Shown: positions 1 through 11,030 of the stretch, piece after piece
Position numbering within the stretch: the first letter of the stretch is position 1
How the letters are laid out: each line of letters opens with the position of its first letter
Source: Octopus sinensis
Lineage: Eukaryota
Length of the DNA: 64,000 nucleotides
Direction of reading: 5' to 3'
NCBI RefSeq assembly: GCF_006345805.1
Contig: NC_042997.1
Location: 16,926,001-16,990,000, forward strand
The notes under the pieces: generated by a model
The model's input: the letters and a program-made list of their open reading frames with translations, nothing else
Databases searched by the model: none
What the model was told of the DNA's origin: nothing
Program-made: the position numbers and the translations under genes

Positions 1-99
1 AGGTTGAAAATTTCTTTCAATCTATGTTTCCTCTTTTTTGCTACAAAGAGTGTTTCCAGAATTCGATGACTGGATCACCACAAAAGAAATTGACTTAAA

Positions 100-880
100 T
101 CATTACAGTAGCAACTCTGCTTAAATAGGATGAATTAAAGGATAGAACACTGGTGAAGAGTACTGAGATTGTCCTGATTGTTGTGTAAATCTTCAATGAT
201 CAAGTATGACATCATTGTACATGACTTCATGTAAAAGAACATTCAAAGAAAAGTTATCACTAATTTTACTTTTATTGGATAGCAGAAATGAGGCCTCAAT
301 CTTACTCATATTCTACTAATAATGACTGAATGTAGTGAACCCCAAATAGCAGATGCTATGTACCATGAAATCTTTGATAAAGAGTTAATGCAAAGATGCA
401 TAAGATCCTCACATCTGGCAAAATTTGTAGCCACATAGTCAACTTAATATGCTAGTATGTTGAGTTCATGTATGAAGGGGACAGAATAATGTGTAAAGAC
501 TTACACAAAACTACTGAAAAAACAACAATTGTGACTGAATATTTTTTTCCTATGAGTATAAGAAAGGATTTCAAGCATGGTGTCTTCATCAATCATTCAT
601 TGAAATCAATAGTATACTTTTCAACCCTTTCCTATTACTGAGATATTGGTACCACATCATCAGTGAAGTTGTCTTGAGTCTAAGCTTTAAAGTACCAGTA
701 TAAAAATATCATCAAGATACAGAAAAATATATTCACAATCAAGAATAACCAAGAAATTACGTTCATGTCCAACAAGAAATCAAGACTTACATCTCAGTAA
801 GTGAATCATTTTGGAAGATTTATAAATTTTTACTAAAAGATCAAAAGCCAGCAGTTGAAGCATACTTACAATATGCCATG
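100..880 (+). mobile_element. Degenerate Helitron Rep (HUH endonuclease) coding remnant, probably extending past the left window edge
   Basis: Manual translation across stops and frameshifts gives Helitron Rep motifs in the expected order. DCPD at ~167 (cf. DRPD); FTFIG*QK*GLNLTHILLIM at 265-324 (cf. YVIEFQKRGLPHAHILL, HUH motif); SCMK...CKDLHKTTEKTTIVTEYFFPMSIRK at ~465-565 (cf. CMK..CSK.FPK....T....GYP.YRRR); NPFLLLRYWYHIISEV at 623-670 (cf. YNPYLLLKYNAHINVEVC); ISVSESFWKIYKF...KPAVE at 791-860 (cf. YVSAPEAAWRIFEF....PAVE). Confidence 0.8.
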
Positions 881-3800
881 GCATGATTGCAACCACCTTG
901 TCTCACTAACATAGAATTCTTCATTCCAAGTGCAAGATTTCTTTCAGTGCCATTATCATTACAAAATCAACTTGCAGCTTCACAAAAAAGCAAAAACTGG
1001 TGTAATAAGTTGATTTGTTTATCATTAATGACAATGTGTATGTCATGAAAAGAGCTTGGAAAGAAGTACAAGACTGTAACAAGGCATTTGTAAGTCTGGT
1101 GAAAGGGAGTAAATTCTAGTTGTATTTTTAAAGAGCTTGAGAAAGTTACAGTCTAAAGCTGCAATAGATAACTAATATTACAATGATTATAAAAAGTTAT
1201 TTAGAAACTTCAATTTAAATTTGACTTGATTCCTAAGTAAAACAAATAAAATATATTACAGACATTTTGAATTCATAACTATGGTAAGATGTTTTAATTT
1301 CATTCAGGTATCAGTAATATAAAAATTGTTTCACTAGGTTTTTAATATGCTTAAAAATGCACGTTCATAATTTACAATTGTTCTAGCTTGACAATTTTGA
1401 ATTTTCCATTTTCCATTCACTACAATCTTTATATTATTCTCTTCTATTCCTAATTTTCATAATCAAAATTTGAAATCAAGTTGCTTTTCAAATCAGTGAA
1501 GTTCTTTGTTTGATCTTGTCTCAACCCCTCTGGGTGTTGTTTTGTTAAGTTTGTTGAATACACACAGTTGAAAGGGGTTGATTGTGTAATGGGTCATAAG
1601 TTTGTATTCCATTATAGGAGATTTTATTTTTGTTTACTTTTTAACAAGAACCTTTGTCTATCAAACTTAATGTTTCTATCAGAGCTCTCAGAATATTAAA
1701 CAGAGAAACTGTTTAAAAAAAAACAACTCAATGGGCACAATGTTAAACTGGCTGGATAATTAGCAAATATTTCAATAGCTTACAGTTTTCAGCCAAACTT
1801 TGGAAAAAAAATACATAACTTTAATCTCATCCTAGTAATTAGCTAAACTGCTGTAGCGATGAATTGGCTGCATGGATATGGGTTGGGTAACCAACTCATA
1901 TAGTGTCAGTCAAAATCTGCTGTGTGTTTACTCAGGAGGCTGAACTCTCTACATGTCTAAGTTCACCAGAAACTGGGAATTAGTACCAGAATTCTAAGGC
2001 TTCTTGCTGAATGCAATGAGAAAATTAATCTAGTGCATCATTTTGTATACAAGAAAATCCTCTAAAGCAGTAAGTTGAAATTACTGTCACTGGGGGTCAT
2101 TGGGATTGTTTAAGCAGGCGTTATAACTGAAGGCCTTCTTAATGTGGAAAATACTGTTTTTTATTTGTAGTAAATTTCATGTGTTATTATCTTTTGCATG
2201 CTGTATCACCTCCCTCTACCTGCCATCATTTGGGTAATGTCAGAAATTTGAGAAAACTTAGGGTGAAGTTTAGAATCAAGGGGAAAAAGTGAACTGAAGA
2301 TGTGAGGTAGTTACTGCTGTTGAGGCTTCATTCACCAAATCCCTTGGAGAAGTCTAACTAAATGTCTTGTAGTCCTGTAAACTGCTGATTGAAAATTATA
2401 ATGATGGATCCTTGATGACCCACCTGTCCCTCCTTCAGAATCAGGATGTCACTTGCTGTGTACTCATCATATTCCTATCATGCAAAGTCTACCCTCCTGA
2501 ATGGAGCAATCATATTCCATCTCCATCAGTTTACTTTCCTTTTACCTCGAGGAAATGGATGAAGAATAAAAAAAATATGGTCAACATTTTAAGACTAATC
2601 TCCACTGTATGATTATAATGAAACAACCAGGAAGTTGTTATTGTTGTCGTGGGTGTTCTATTGATAAATGAGGTATGAAACAAACTGCCAACTAAAATGA
2701 GGAAGGGAGAATATTGGTAAAGAGAAATACAAGATTGAGAAGGATTATCAAAAGGGGGTGGTAGAAGTAGTAAGAAAGAAAATGCCAGGGAATTTGGAAA
2801 CTGGCAGCAGGAAAGGAAGTCAGGCAGAATAGTAGCAAAAAAAGACAGAAATCAGTAAATATTTGTTATCTGCCCACTCCCCATAAATTTGTGTGCTAAG
2901 ATATATATTCTTTACATGGATTTGAACTGAAAACCCTTGTATTGCTAGTCAATGGCTGATGCACATTTTATAAACAACATTATTAATTAGAATGTAACTA
3001 AACAGAATAACACGCATATACATCTATATTACTTTTGTTCCTTTATTTGAGTTAGTGAAGGAAGAGTAAATGCAATTTGTATGGCGTCTTACAGTGTCAA
3101 TATGCAGTTGATCAATAAAGGAGTTATGCAAAAGTGGAAGAAGAAAGCTAAGAAAGAAGAAAAAAATTGGTTATATAAGCAGAAATGAAAGGCAAGTCAA
3201 ACATAGAATACAACAGAACAATTTGAGAGAGAGAGAGAGAGAGAGAGCGAGAAAGAGAGAGAGAGAGAGAAATACTAGATGTGAGATGGTGGTGAGGAGT
3301 TGACAAAATTTGCAGTTGGTGTTTTTTCACCTTTCAATGAGCGGTCAAGCAAAAATTTGATTTTCTCAAAGCTTGACATATTCTGTTCAAGTCTATTTAT
3401 TTCTAATTATTCCAGTGTGAGCATTATGGTTCACAGATTAAACATGGCTCTTTATCCTGACTCTGGGAGATTATTTAGTTCTGCGCCTACATGGAGTTTA
3501 TCAGAGGTTGTTTATTTGTCGTGCTTGTTTAAGTTACGAAGCTATCTGATTTGCTTGGTTAGTGTTATTACATTACTACAGAAGGCTTCCTTCAATGGCC
3601 ACCAAAAAGATAAAAATGCAAGAAAGAAAGGAGACAAGAAAGAAGAAAGTAAAGAGAGAAAAAAAAAACTCATTATATTGAAGGTGTATTGCTCTGATTT
3701 AAAGGAGAGATTGTAAAGAGGTGAAGAACTCTTTCTTATTGCTTGGTGTATAGATCTTCAATCAATATCTTTATGAGGTATGTTTCACTGCATTGCTTAT

Positions 3801-4092
3801 GGAATGGATAATCTATATCTCTAGTTTTGGCAATAAAAGTGGAAGCAAAATTTTATAGGTTTGAAGTTAATATTGGCAACATGATGGATGGCTGGAAAAA
3901 GAGAATTATCATGACCAAAACTCCATTCCTCTAAGATGAGATGTAATTACTATTATACAGGGAAATTTTTCTTTAGATTGTAATCATGTTTACCTTTTTA
4001 GTTTTCTATCATAGTAAACTAAATATAATATCTAAACAAACACATACACATACATTTACATACTCATGCAAACAAGCATGCACACATGTATT

Positions 4093-4096
<4 letters not shown>

Positions 4097-4156
<60 letters not shown>

Positions 4157-4245
4157 ATATATTTGTATATATATGTGTATATATATATATATATAGATAT
4201 ACATATATATAAATATATATATATATATACATATCTATCTATATA
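4097..4245. repeat. Compound (TA)n/(TG)n microsatellite
   Basis: Long TA run followed by TG and interrupted TA runs. It explains ORFs 3986-4285 and 4009-4260. Dozens of similar arrays occur across the window. Confidence 0.95.
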
Positions 4246-6305
4246 TAGTTTCATATTCACACACTCACATATATATTTATTGTAGAAGACTTTGATTATA
4301 ACTACTGGGAACCATAATGGGGAAGAGAAAAAGGATATAAAAATTGAATGAAAAATATTTTATCATCTGTTTTCTTTATTGGTAAAGTGATGTTCACTGT
4401 TTATGGTAAAGTCATAAAACTCCACAGTGCTGTCCAACAATCTGCAAATGGGTACCATGTGGGTGATAGCTTGCTGCTGTGAGCAGTGGCTGCATTCTGT
4501 CATAGATAAATACTTTTTATAGTTTGCAGTAATGAATTGCAAAGCCTCCCATGGGTCTATAGAAGGTGAATGAAAACCTTGTCATTGTATCTACCACTGA
4601 TTCGCTATATGAAGTAGAAATCTTCAATTAAGCCTTAAAGACAAATCAAAATAAACACCTACTGACAGAGAAAAATATTATCACGTGAATCATATAAAAA
4701 AATCTAGGTACAGCAATTCGTTTCCTTTCTTTTTCATTTGCTAAGTCTTAATAAGTTAATTCTATGTAAAGTTTTCCAAGGTCAAGCAAGATGAAGTATG
4801 AATGATTAAAGATTCAAATTGTTAAATGCAAGATAGTTTTTCTGAATGAAATGTACTGGTTTCTAAATTTATTTTAATACTTGCCACTTATTTCTTATAA
4901 ATAAATGATGGTATTTTTGTCTCTATCTTCTTAATAGATTTTGCTCTTAAACAATTTTGCTCTGGTAAACAATTGTAACTGGGTCATTAACTTCCATTGC
5001 ATATTTTTGAACAATAGTAACCATATTCTTCATTACAAGTCTTTTTTTTTTAGTGAGTATTAATTCAAAGGCATATTTTCCTTGCTTCTTGAATAAAATT
5101 AAATGGACTTCAACTTGGTATCTGTGTCTTACTCAAATAAAATCTGCATTAGCTATTTTTACTGAATGGTATTATAAACTATCTAAATGTTAGGAAATGT
5201 GACATGACACAGTAAAATAATGAAAAGAGTTCATTAGAATGGTATGCTCTTAAGTAATTACTGCAAATATTCACATTATTCACACTGCAATGTACTTCAA
5301 GCACTCATAAGTTTTGACCTACAGCAAGACACCTGATAAATTATAATCAATATCTCAGATATGACATTAGAAATTCATATATCCAGTGGGGGACAGTAGA
5401 CTATGAGAAATCCAGTAAAAGTACTGAAAGAAGACAAAGGAGAAAGAAGGCAGCAGCCAAGCAATATGTTATGTCAGTGTGGGGAAAGCACAGATGAAAA
5501 CATTGATGATCATGATGATAATCATGATGATGATCGTGATGAAAATGAGGATGACAACAATGATAAAGAGAATCAGATAAAAGAAGAATGAATAAAGAAA
5601 TGGTCAGGCTGAGTTTCAGCGGAATATTTTGATGTCCTGATATTGAAATTTGTCTGATTGTTGTCGACTGGCACAGTTGAGATTGCTACAACATCTAAGC
5701 AAATAAGAAATCAGACAAATTGTCTGATTTCAGAATAGACTCTAATGCACTTTTAAAACGAAATATGCCTTGAGTAGTACGGACATAAAATAATAACAAC
5801 AAATTTTGCTTATGCTGAATTCTATTTCTTACATTTTCTTTCAATGCTTTTTTTCTATTTACTGCTCTTCTTTTTTAAACTTATCAAACTATTCAGCTTC
5901 CTTATAAATATCTGTATTAAACACACAGACCCTGTTTACTGGGCCAATTAATCCACTTGTCCCTGAGGATGCACTGTCCTACATGTGGTCTGTCATGAAC
6001 ACAACAAACGAGATCAGCAGGTTAATTTTCAATGTTAATAGATTCCCTTGACATCAACATCAACCAAGAGAAAGAAAAGCAAAAATAGAGAAAAAAATTA
6101 GCTAGTGCACTATTTTCTTTTCTTTTTTCTTTTCTTTTTTTGCTAACCAAAGGCAGTGAAGAAAAAAATGTTTCTATTCATTGGACAACACTCTGCTTGC
6201 AAGCAAAAAGGAATTTTCTTTAAGGTTAATGTTTGATTAGTTATTATTTCTCCTTTAAGAATTGTATCTTCTCTTTTCTTCTGTTTTGATCATGTCTTTT
6301 TCCAC

Positions 6306-6306
<1 letters not shown>

Positions 6307-6354
<48 letters not shown>

Positions 6355-6365
6355 CAACAACAATA
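6307..6365. repeat. (AAT)n/(AAC)n microsatellite
   Basis: Direct reading; it explains the poly-L and poly-I ORFs 6244-6477 and 6290-6487. Confidence 0.95.
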
Positions 6366-7242
6366 ACACCAGCAACAATAATAAATAATACTGATAATTC
6401 CCAAACAGTCTTGAATAAAGATTCTGAGAGGTGGGTAAAAAAGACAAAAATATGAAAACTAAGTTTGTATTCTGCAATTATGAACAACAGACATTTTCTT
6501 GTGGAAATAATTTTGCATCAAGCAGATAACCTGTGAAACTAATTGATTTACAAATGCTTCAGAAAATTTTTGATTATTTAGAAATAGTTTTTCCATAACA
6601 TATAACCATGAGACTTTCAGCAGTTTATATCACACCTATCTGTAAATGGGAGATTAGGTCTATCAACCAATTTGTTATCAGTATATTTTAATTATATTCA
6701 TTTTTATTTGTATAATATGTATTCAGAAACAAGCTGTATAGAACATCATGGAATAAATTTGGAAATTGCTTTAGAAATTAAATATCATGTTTGATCACTA
6801 GAATGTTCTCATTTTGTTATCTAATTCTGGGTCAGGCCTGATCAAGCATGTTATGATCACACTATATTTTTTTTCAGACATAACACAATATATATTTCTA
6901 TTTTTTAAAATAGTATGATAACATGAAGGAAATTTGGCTGCTATTTCTAGCATGCACTGAGAGTGAAACTCCTTTATTAACTTGTAATCATTTTTTTTTG
7001 TTCATAAATAATGGAAAAATGGTGGAAAAAGTGTATTTACATTCTACTGGTATCAATTAACTTGGAGATTGTTCTCTATGAATATATATAATATATACTG
7101 AGACTCTCTTGTGCCTGAGGAAGATGTTCACCTGGTGGTACATGACTATGCAGAATGAGTTCAATGCAGAATGGAGTGGTGCACATACCAGACATTTCCT
7201 TCAGCATCTCATTAGAGTGAAAATATAAATCCAATCATAATA

Positions 7243-8511
7243 TCAGGTCATTAAGAATGAAATGTCCGATTTTCTTATGCACCAAGTTTGACAGTCATTA
7301 ACTCTAATGTTTTATCCTGACAATTCTTTGTTTTATAACATAGAAGAGTTGCATCATCACTTTTCAAAATGCAATTCATGGTGTCTGAGTTTTCTCTTGT
7401 AAATCAGTTTTTGTGAGTTTTCTCTTGTAAACCAATTTTTGTGAACCCATGGATAGATAAAAAATTCGTGTTGTTTATGAATATAGAACCAATGCATCCC
7501 AGACAGCTTGACACATCAATGAGGTGTTTGGTGAAGATGTGGTGCATGAGCACACTGTATGCTGATGGATTGAGAAGTTCTAGTCTGATAACTTTACTCT
7601 TGAAAATCAGTTATGGAGGTAGACCTAAGACCAAGGTGGATAATGATGAACTGGAAACTGTAGTAGAAGCAGATACATCTCAAACTACATGTGAGTTAGC
7701 AGCAAGGTTTGATGTTTTGATTCCAACTGTAACAAATTGGCAAGGTAAAGAAGCTGGACAAGAGGGTACCACATGAACTTAATGAGCAGCAAATGGCACA
7801 TTGTTTTGAAACTTGCTGTTCTTTGCTGTCATGGCAAACCATTTTTGCACTGCATTGTTACGTGTGATGAAAAATTGATTCCTTTCAACAATAGCAAGCG
7901 TTCTGCATGGTGGTTGGATAGAGACAAAGTGCCAAAACACAATCCAAAAAAGAATATTCACCAAAACAAGCTAATGGTGTCTGTTTGGTGGTCCAGCACT
8001 GGTGTCATCCATTACAGCTTCATGAAACCTGGTAAGTCAATTACAGTGGATGTATACATCAAACAATTGGATGAAATGGTGAGTGAACTTACAATAAAAC
8101 AACCAAGATTGGTCAATGGAGACAGACCAATTCTCTTGCAAGACAATGTTCGACCATATGTTGCTCAAAGAATACTACTCAAGTTACAGGAACTGAACTT
8201 GGAAGCACTCTGTCACCCACCATATTCACCAGACCTTGCACTGACTGACTATCATGTTTTCTAGGCATTAAACAACTTTTTGCAAGGAAAAAACTTCAAA
8301 TGTAAAGAAGTTGCAAAAACAGCTTTTCATGAATACATCACCTCTTGCACTCCAGAATTCTTCACTGCTAGCATAAATAAGCTACTGATAAAATGGCAAA
8401 ATTACGTCAATAATTTAGGTGCATACTTTGATTAACTGCTTTGCTTTTTGTTGAGATAAAGTAAAACAAACTTTCAGTTCAAAATCAGTTATTTCATTAT
8501 TAATGATCTGA
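7243..8511 (+). mobile_element. Full-length (1269 bp) non-autonomous mariner DNA transposon (DD34D; Hsmar1/SETMAR-like transposase)
   Basis: Left TIR TCAGGTCATTAAGAATGAAAT starts at 7243. Right TIR ATTTCATTATTAATGATCTGA lies at 8491-8511 (2 mismatches to the reverse complement). TA flanks both ends (7241-7242, 8512-8513). The size is typical of mariner. Confidence 0.93.
7449..8435 (+). pseudogene. Disrupted mariner transposase
   Basis: ATG at 7449. N-terminal HTH reads MDR*KIRVVYEYRTNASQTA*HINEVFGEDVVHEHTVC*WIEKF; linker KLDKRVPHEL (cf. WVPHEL); IVTCDEK, LLQDNVRPY and YSPDLALTDYHVF form the DD34D triad; the C-terminus is GAYFD* at 8418-8435. There are several stops and frameshifts. Confidence 0.92.
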
Positions 8512-8989
8512 TATGAACTGAAATATTGAACTAATCTGAAGTTGAGTACTTTTTTTCTCCAGACAAACAGGAGTTGTTGAAGTCAGTACTGCAGTATAAT
8601 GTAAACACCTGTTAATTTAACACTGTCATTGGTTAGCGGAAAGAGTTGTTCTAGCAGTACTTAATTTATCTAACCAGATAGTCAGAAGGGTCAATTTTCT
8701 TTTAATTAATGATGTAGTGAGAAGAGTAAGGAATAACTCTTAATTAATTAAGGAAAACTCTAAATTAATGACGTAGTGAGAGGAATAAAGAATAACTCTT
8801 TTCAGGGCTTCGGAGACTTGTGCAAAGAAGGGAAGAAGTTATCTCTCGGACTTGAAATCCAGCCCACATGCTTGCAACAAAAGTGACACTGTTAAAGGGT
8901 TCAAAGAATCAATTTGTGACGTTAAATCAAGAGACAAATTATGTCTACCACCCAAGAATAGGAACAATTCCTCCAACTGACTTCCACAT

Positions 8990-9140
8990 GATTTCTGCTA
9001 ACCAATTTTTCTTACAACGTTTTGGTCGACCTGGTTGATAAAAAAACATGGGAAAAAGACGCTTGCCCATAGTGCCCTGCTGGGAAATTGAACCTGAAGT
9101 TATGTAGGTAAAATTGAACTTCTTAATTCATGCTAATGCC
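8990..9140 (-). mobile_element. Old fragment of tRNA-derived CORE/V-like SINE (family A)
   Basis: Contains gacgcttgcccatagtgccctgctgggaaattgaacctg, the reverse complement of the family core caggttcagtccc...ggcaccttgggcaagtgtc seen in better copies (e.g. 63246-63604). Confidence 0.55.
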
Positions 9141-10349
9141 TGCAGCAGAAAGTTGAGTGCCTTGGCCATGGACATAATACATATATATACATATACATAT
9201 ATATATGCCTTTATGATTCCATGTCTATGTATGCATGTTTATATATGTGCATGTATTCAAACATACATGAATATATGTTTCTTATACCTCCGGCATATCT
9301 TCTCTATCTTAAAAAATGTGTTTAGAAACACCATGGTCTTTTATACAGGTATGTAACTTTGGTTGTTCAACCTGGATTGAACACTTGTGACCGAAGGAAT
9401 TCTAGTCACGACCTTCCCATTTTACATTCCCACATAGAGCAAGAAGACCATATTATTCAATGTGTCTTTCTTCATTTAAGATTGCTGAGTTGAGGAGACT
9501 TGGTTGCTATCCAGGATAGAGCTGAGTCTCTATTTCAGTAGGATGATGAACTGTATGAAAAAGAAAATTTTCATCAGTTTTTACATCTGAGTCCATGTTT
9601 ACTTAAGTATATCAGAAAAATACACATATTTATGTTAGTATACATGTGATATATATTTTAGTGAGTCATTTCTCTTTCTAAACCGAACAAACTAGATAAG
9701 AAATATTTACTAATTATAATATATATATATACTGCTTAATAATTATCAATCCATTTCTTTAGGTGCATTTGGAATTTCTTTAATTTCTCTCCTTTTTATA
9801 TTTCTAGCAATGGATCCCATTGAGTGACTCATACAAATGCAAACATGCATGTGTGGAAATGTAAAAGCCATCTAGGTTAATGCAATAGAATTACACTCCA
9901 CACTTGCTTCAGAAGATGCTTACATGAAAGGTTACTCAAGTGAAAAACTGTGTGAAGTGACATGAACTGGTCAAGGGGTAAGTGCAGTCTAATGTAAACA
10001 TTGAATGAGATCCTTTATGAATTGTGATAGTTTTGAACTACCTAAAAGGGAATCAGAGAAGACATCTTTAATGAAACTTTTGAATCTAATGTGGTATATT
10101 AAAATTTGAAAAATCCTGGAGATACTACAGTAATCTAATTTTCTTCTAATGCCAACCACTTTACAAAGTGTGCAAGGTACTTTTAGGTGGCACCGCATGG
10201 GCGCTTTTACATGGTGCCACATGTATATATATGTATAATATATATATACATATATGTATATATATACATGTACATACACACACAAATAAGCATCATCATC
10301 ATACAAATAATACTGGTTATTTCCAATCTTCCATAAAAATATGGCTGTT

Positions 10350-10590
10350 AATGGAGAAATATTAGTTTGCATGGAAACAGGTAGAGTTTGGCAATAGAAA
10401 TCTGCACAACAAATTTTGTCTGGCCAATGCAAACATAAAACAATTGCAGCGTGGAAGGTGTTTGCACATTCCACGCTGCAATTGTTTTCGTTTCAGCACA
10501 CGATCTCAGATCAAATCACTTGCTATGCAAGTACATCTCCAATGCAAACATAGAAAAATGGATATTGAACTAATGATGATGATGATGATA
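10350..10590 (+). mobile_element. RTE-tailed SINE (family C), interrupted by a 101-bp insertion
   Basis: ggagaaatattag...ggaaacaggt...gtagaaatctgcacaacaaatt...atgcaaacatagaaaaatggatattgaac(tga)n matches the copies at 10860-11030 and 42605-42750. It is split at 10438-10538. Confidence 0.6.
10438..10538. mobile_element. 101-bp insertion with terminal hairpin and 14-bp target-site duplication (possibly a Penelope-like terminus)
   Basis: Direct repeat CCAATGCAAACATA at 10424-10437 and 10539-10552. Perfect 19-bp inverted arms at 10438-10456 and 10469-10487. The Penelope assignment is from memory of octopus repeats and is unverified. Confidence 0.65.
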
Positions 10591-10754
10591 ATAAACCATT
10601 ATTTCTGTGTCATTGTACCCAACATTTTAATTTTTAGGCTTAGCACTTAAAACACTAACACATCAAGCAGTTTGTTCTTGTTTGGTCCCATGCTAACTCT
10701 GATCGAGCATGGTAATAATCACAGTCACAGTCTTACAAATGTCTGTGTGTTTAA

Positions 10755-10860
10755 GAAACTTGCTTCCCAACCATGTAGTTTTGAACTCAGTTCCAGTCTA
10801 TGTGGAATCTTGGGTAAGTGTCTTTTACTATAAACCCAAACTAATCAAAGCATTGTAATT
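10755..10860 (+). mobile_element. Family A SINE head/core fragment
   Basis: aagaaacttgcttcccaaccatgtagttttgaactcagttcc...cttgggtaagtgtcttttactata matches the family A head and core. Confidence 0.65.
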
Positions 10861-11030
10861 CCTTTGTGAAAAATATGTCAGGCCATGGGGGAAATATTAT
10901 CTCTCTTGGAAACAAGTGAAGGCAGGAAGGGCATCTGGCTGTAGAAAATCTGCTTCAATGAATTCCAATCTCCACCCATGCCAGCATGGAAAAGTGATGT
11001 TAAAACAATGATTATGGTGATGATGATCTA
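10860..11030 (+). mobile_element. RTE-tailed SINE (family C)
   Basis: gggaaatattatctctcttggaaacaagtgaaggcaggaagggcatctggctgtagaaaatctgc...catgccagcatggaaaagtgatgttaaaacaatgat. Further copies lie at 42605-42750 (+) and 50385-50500 (-). Confidence 0.65.

Noticed and set aside
1900-2400. Possible RT remnant on the minus strand (DI*LDFSKGF; LYT.DA)
   Set aside because: Only one motif is convincing and the intervening PQG motif could not be recovered; too degraded to call.
3300-3716. 138-aa ORF; the minus strand faintly resembles the N-terminal region of a Penelope or R4 ORF
   Set aside because: No diagnostic motif in either orientation, and the C-terminus is an A-rich low-complexity run.
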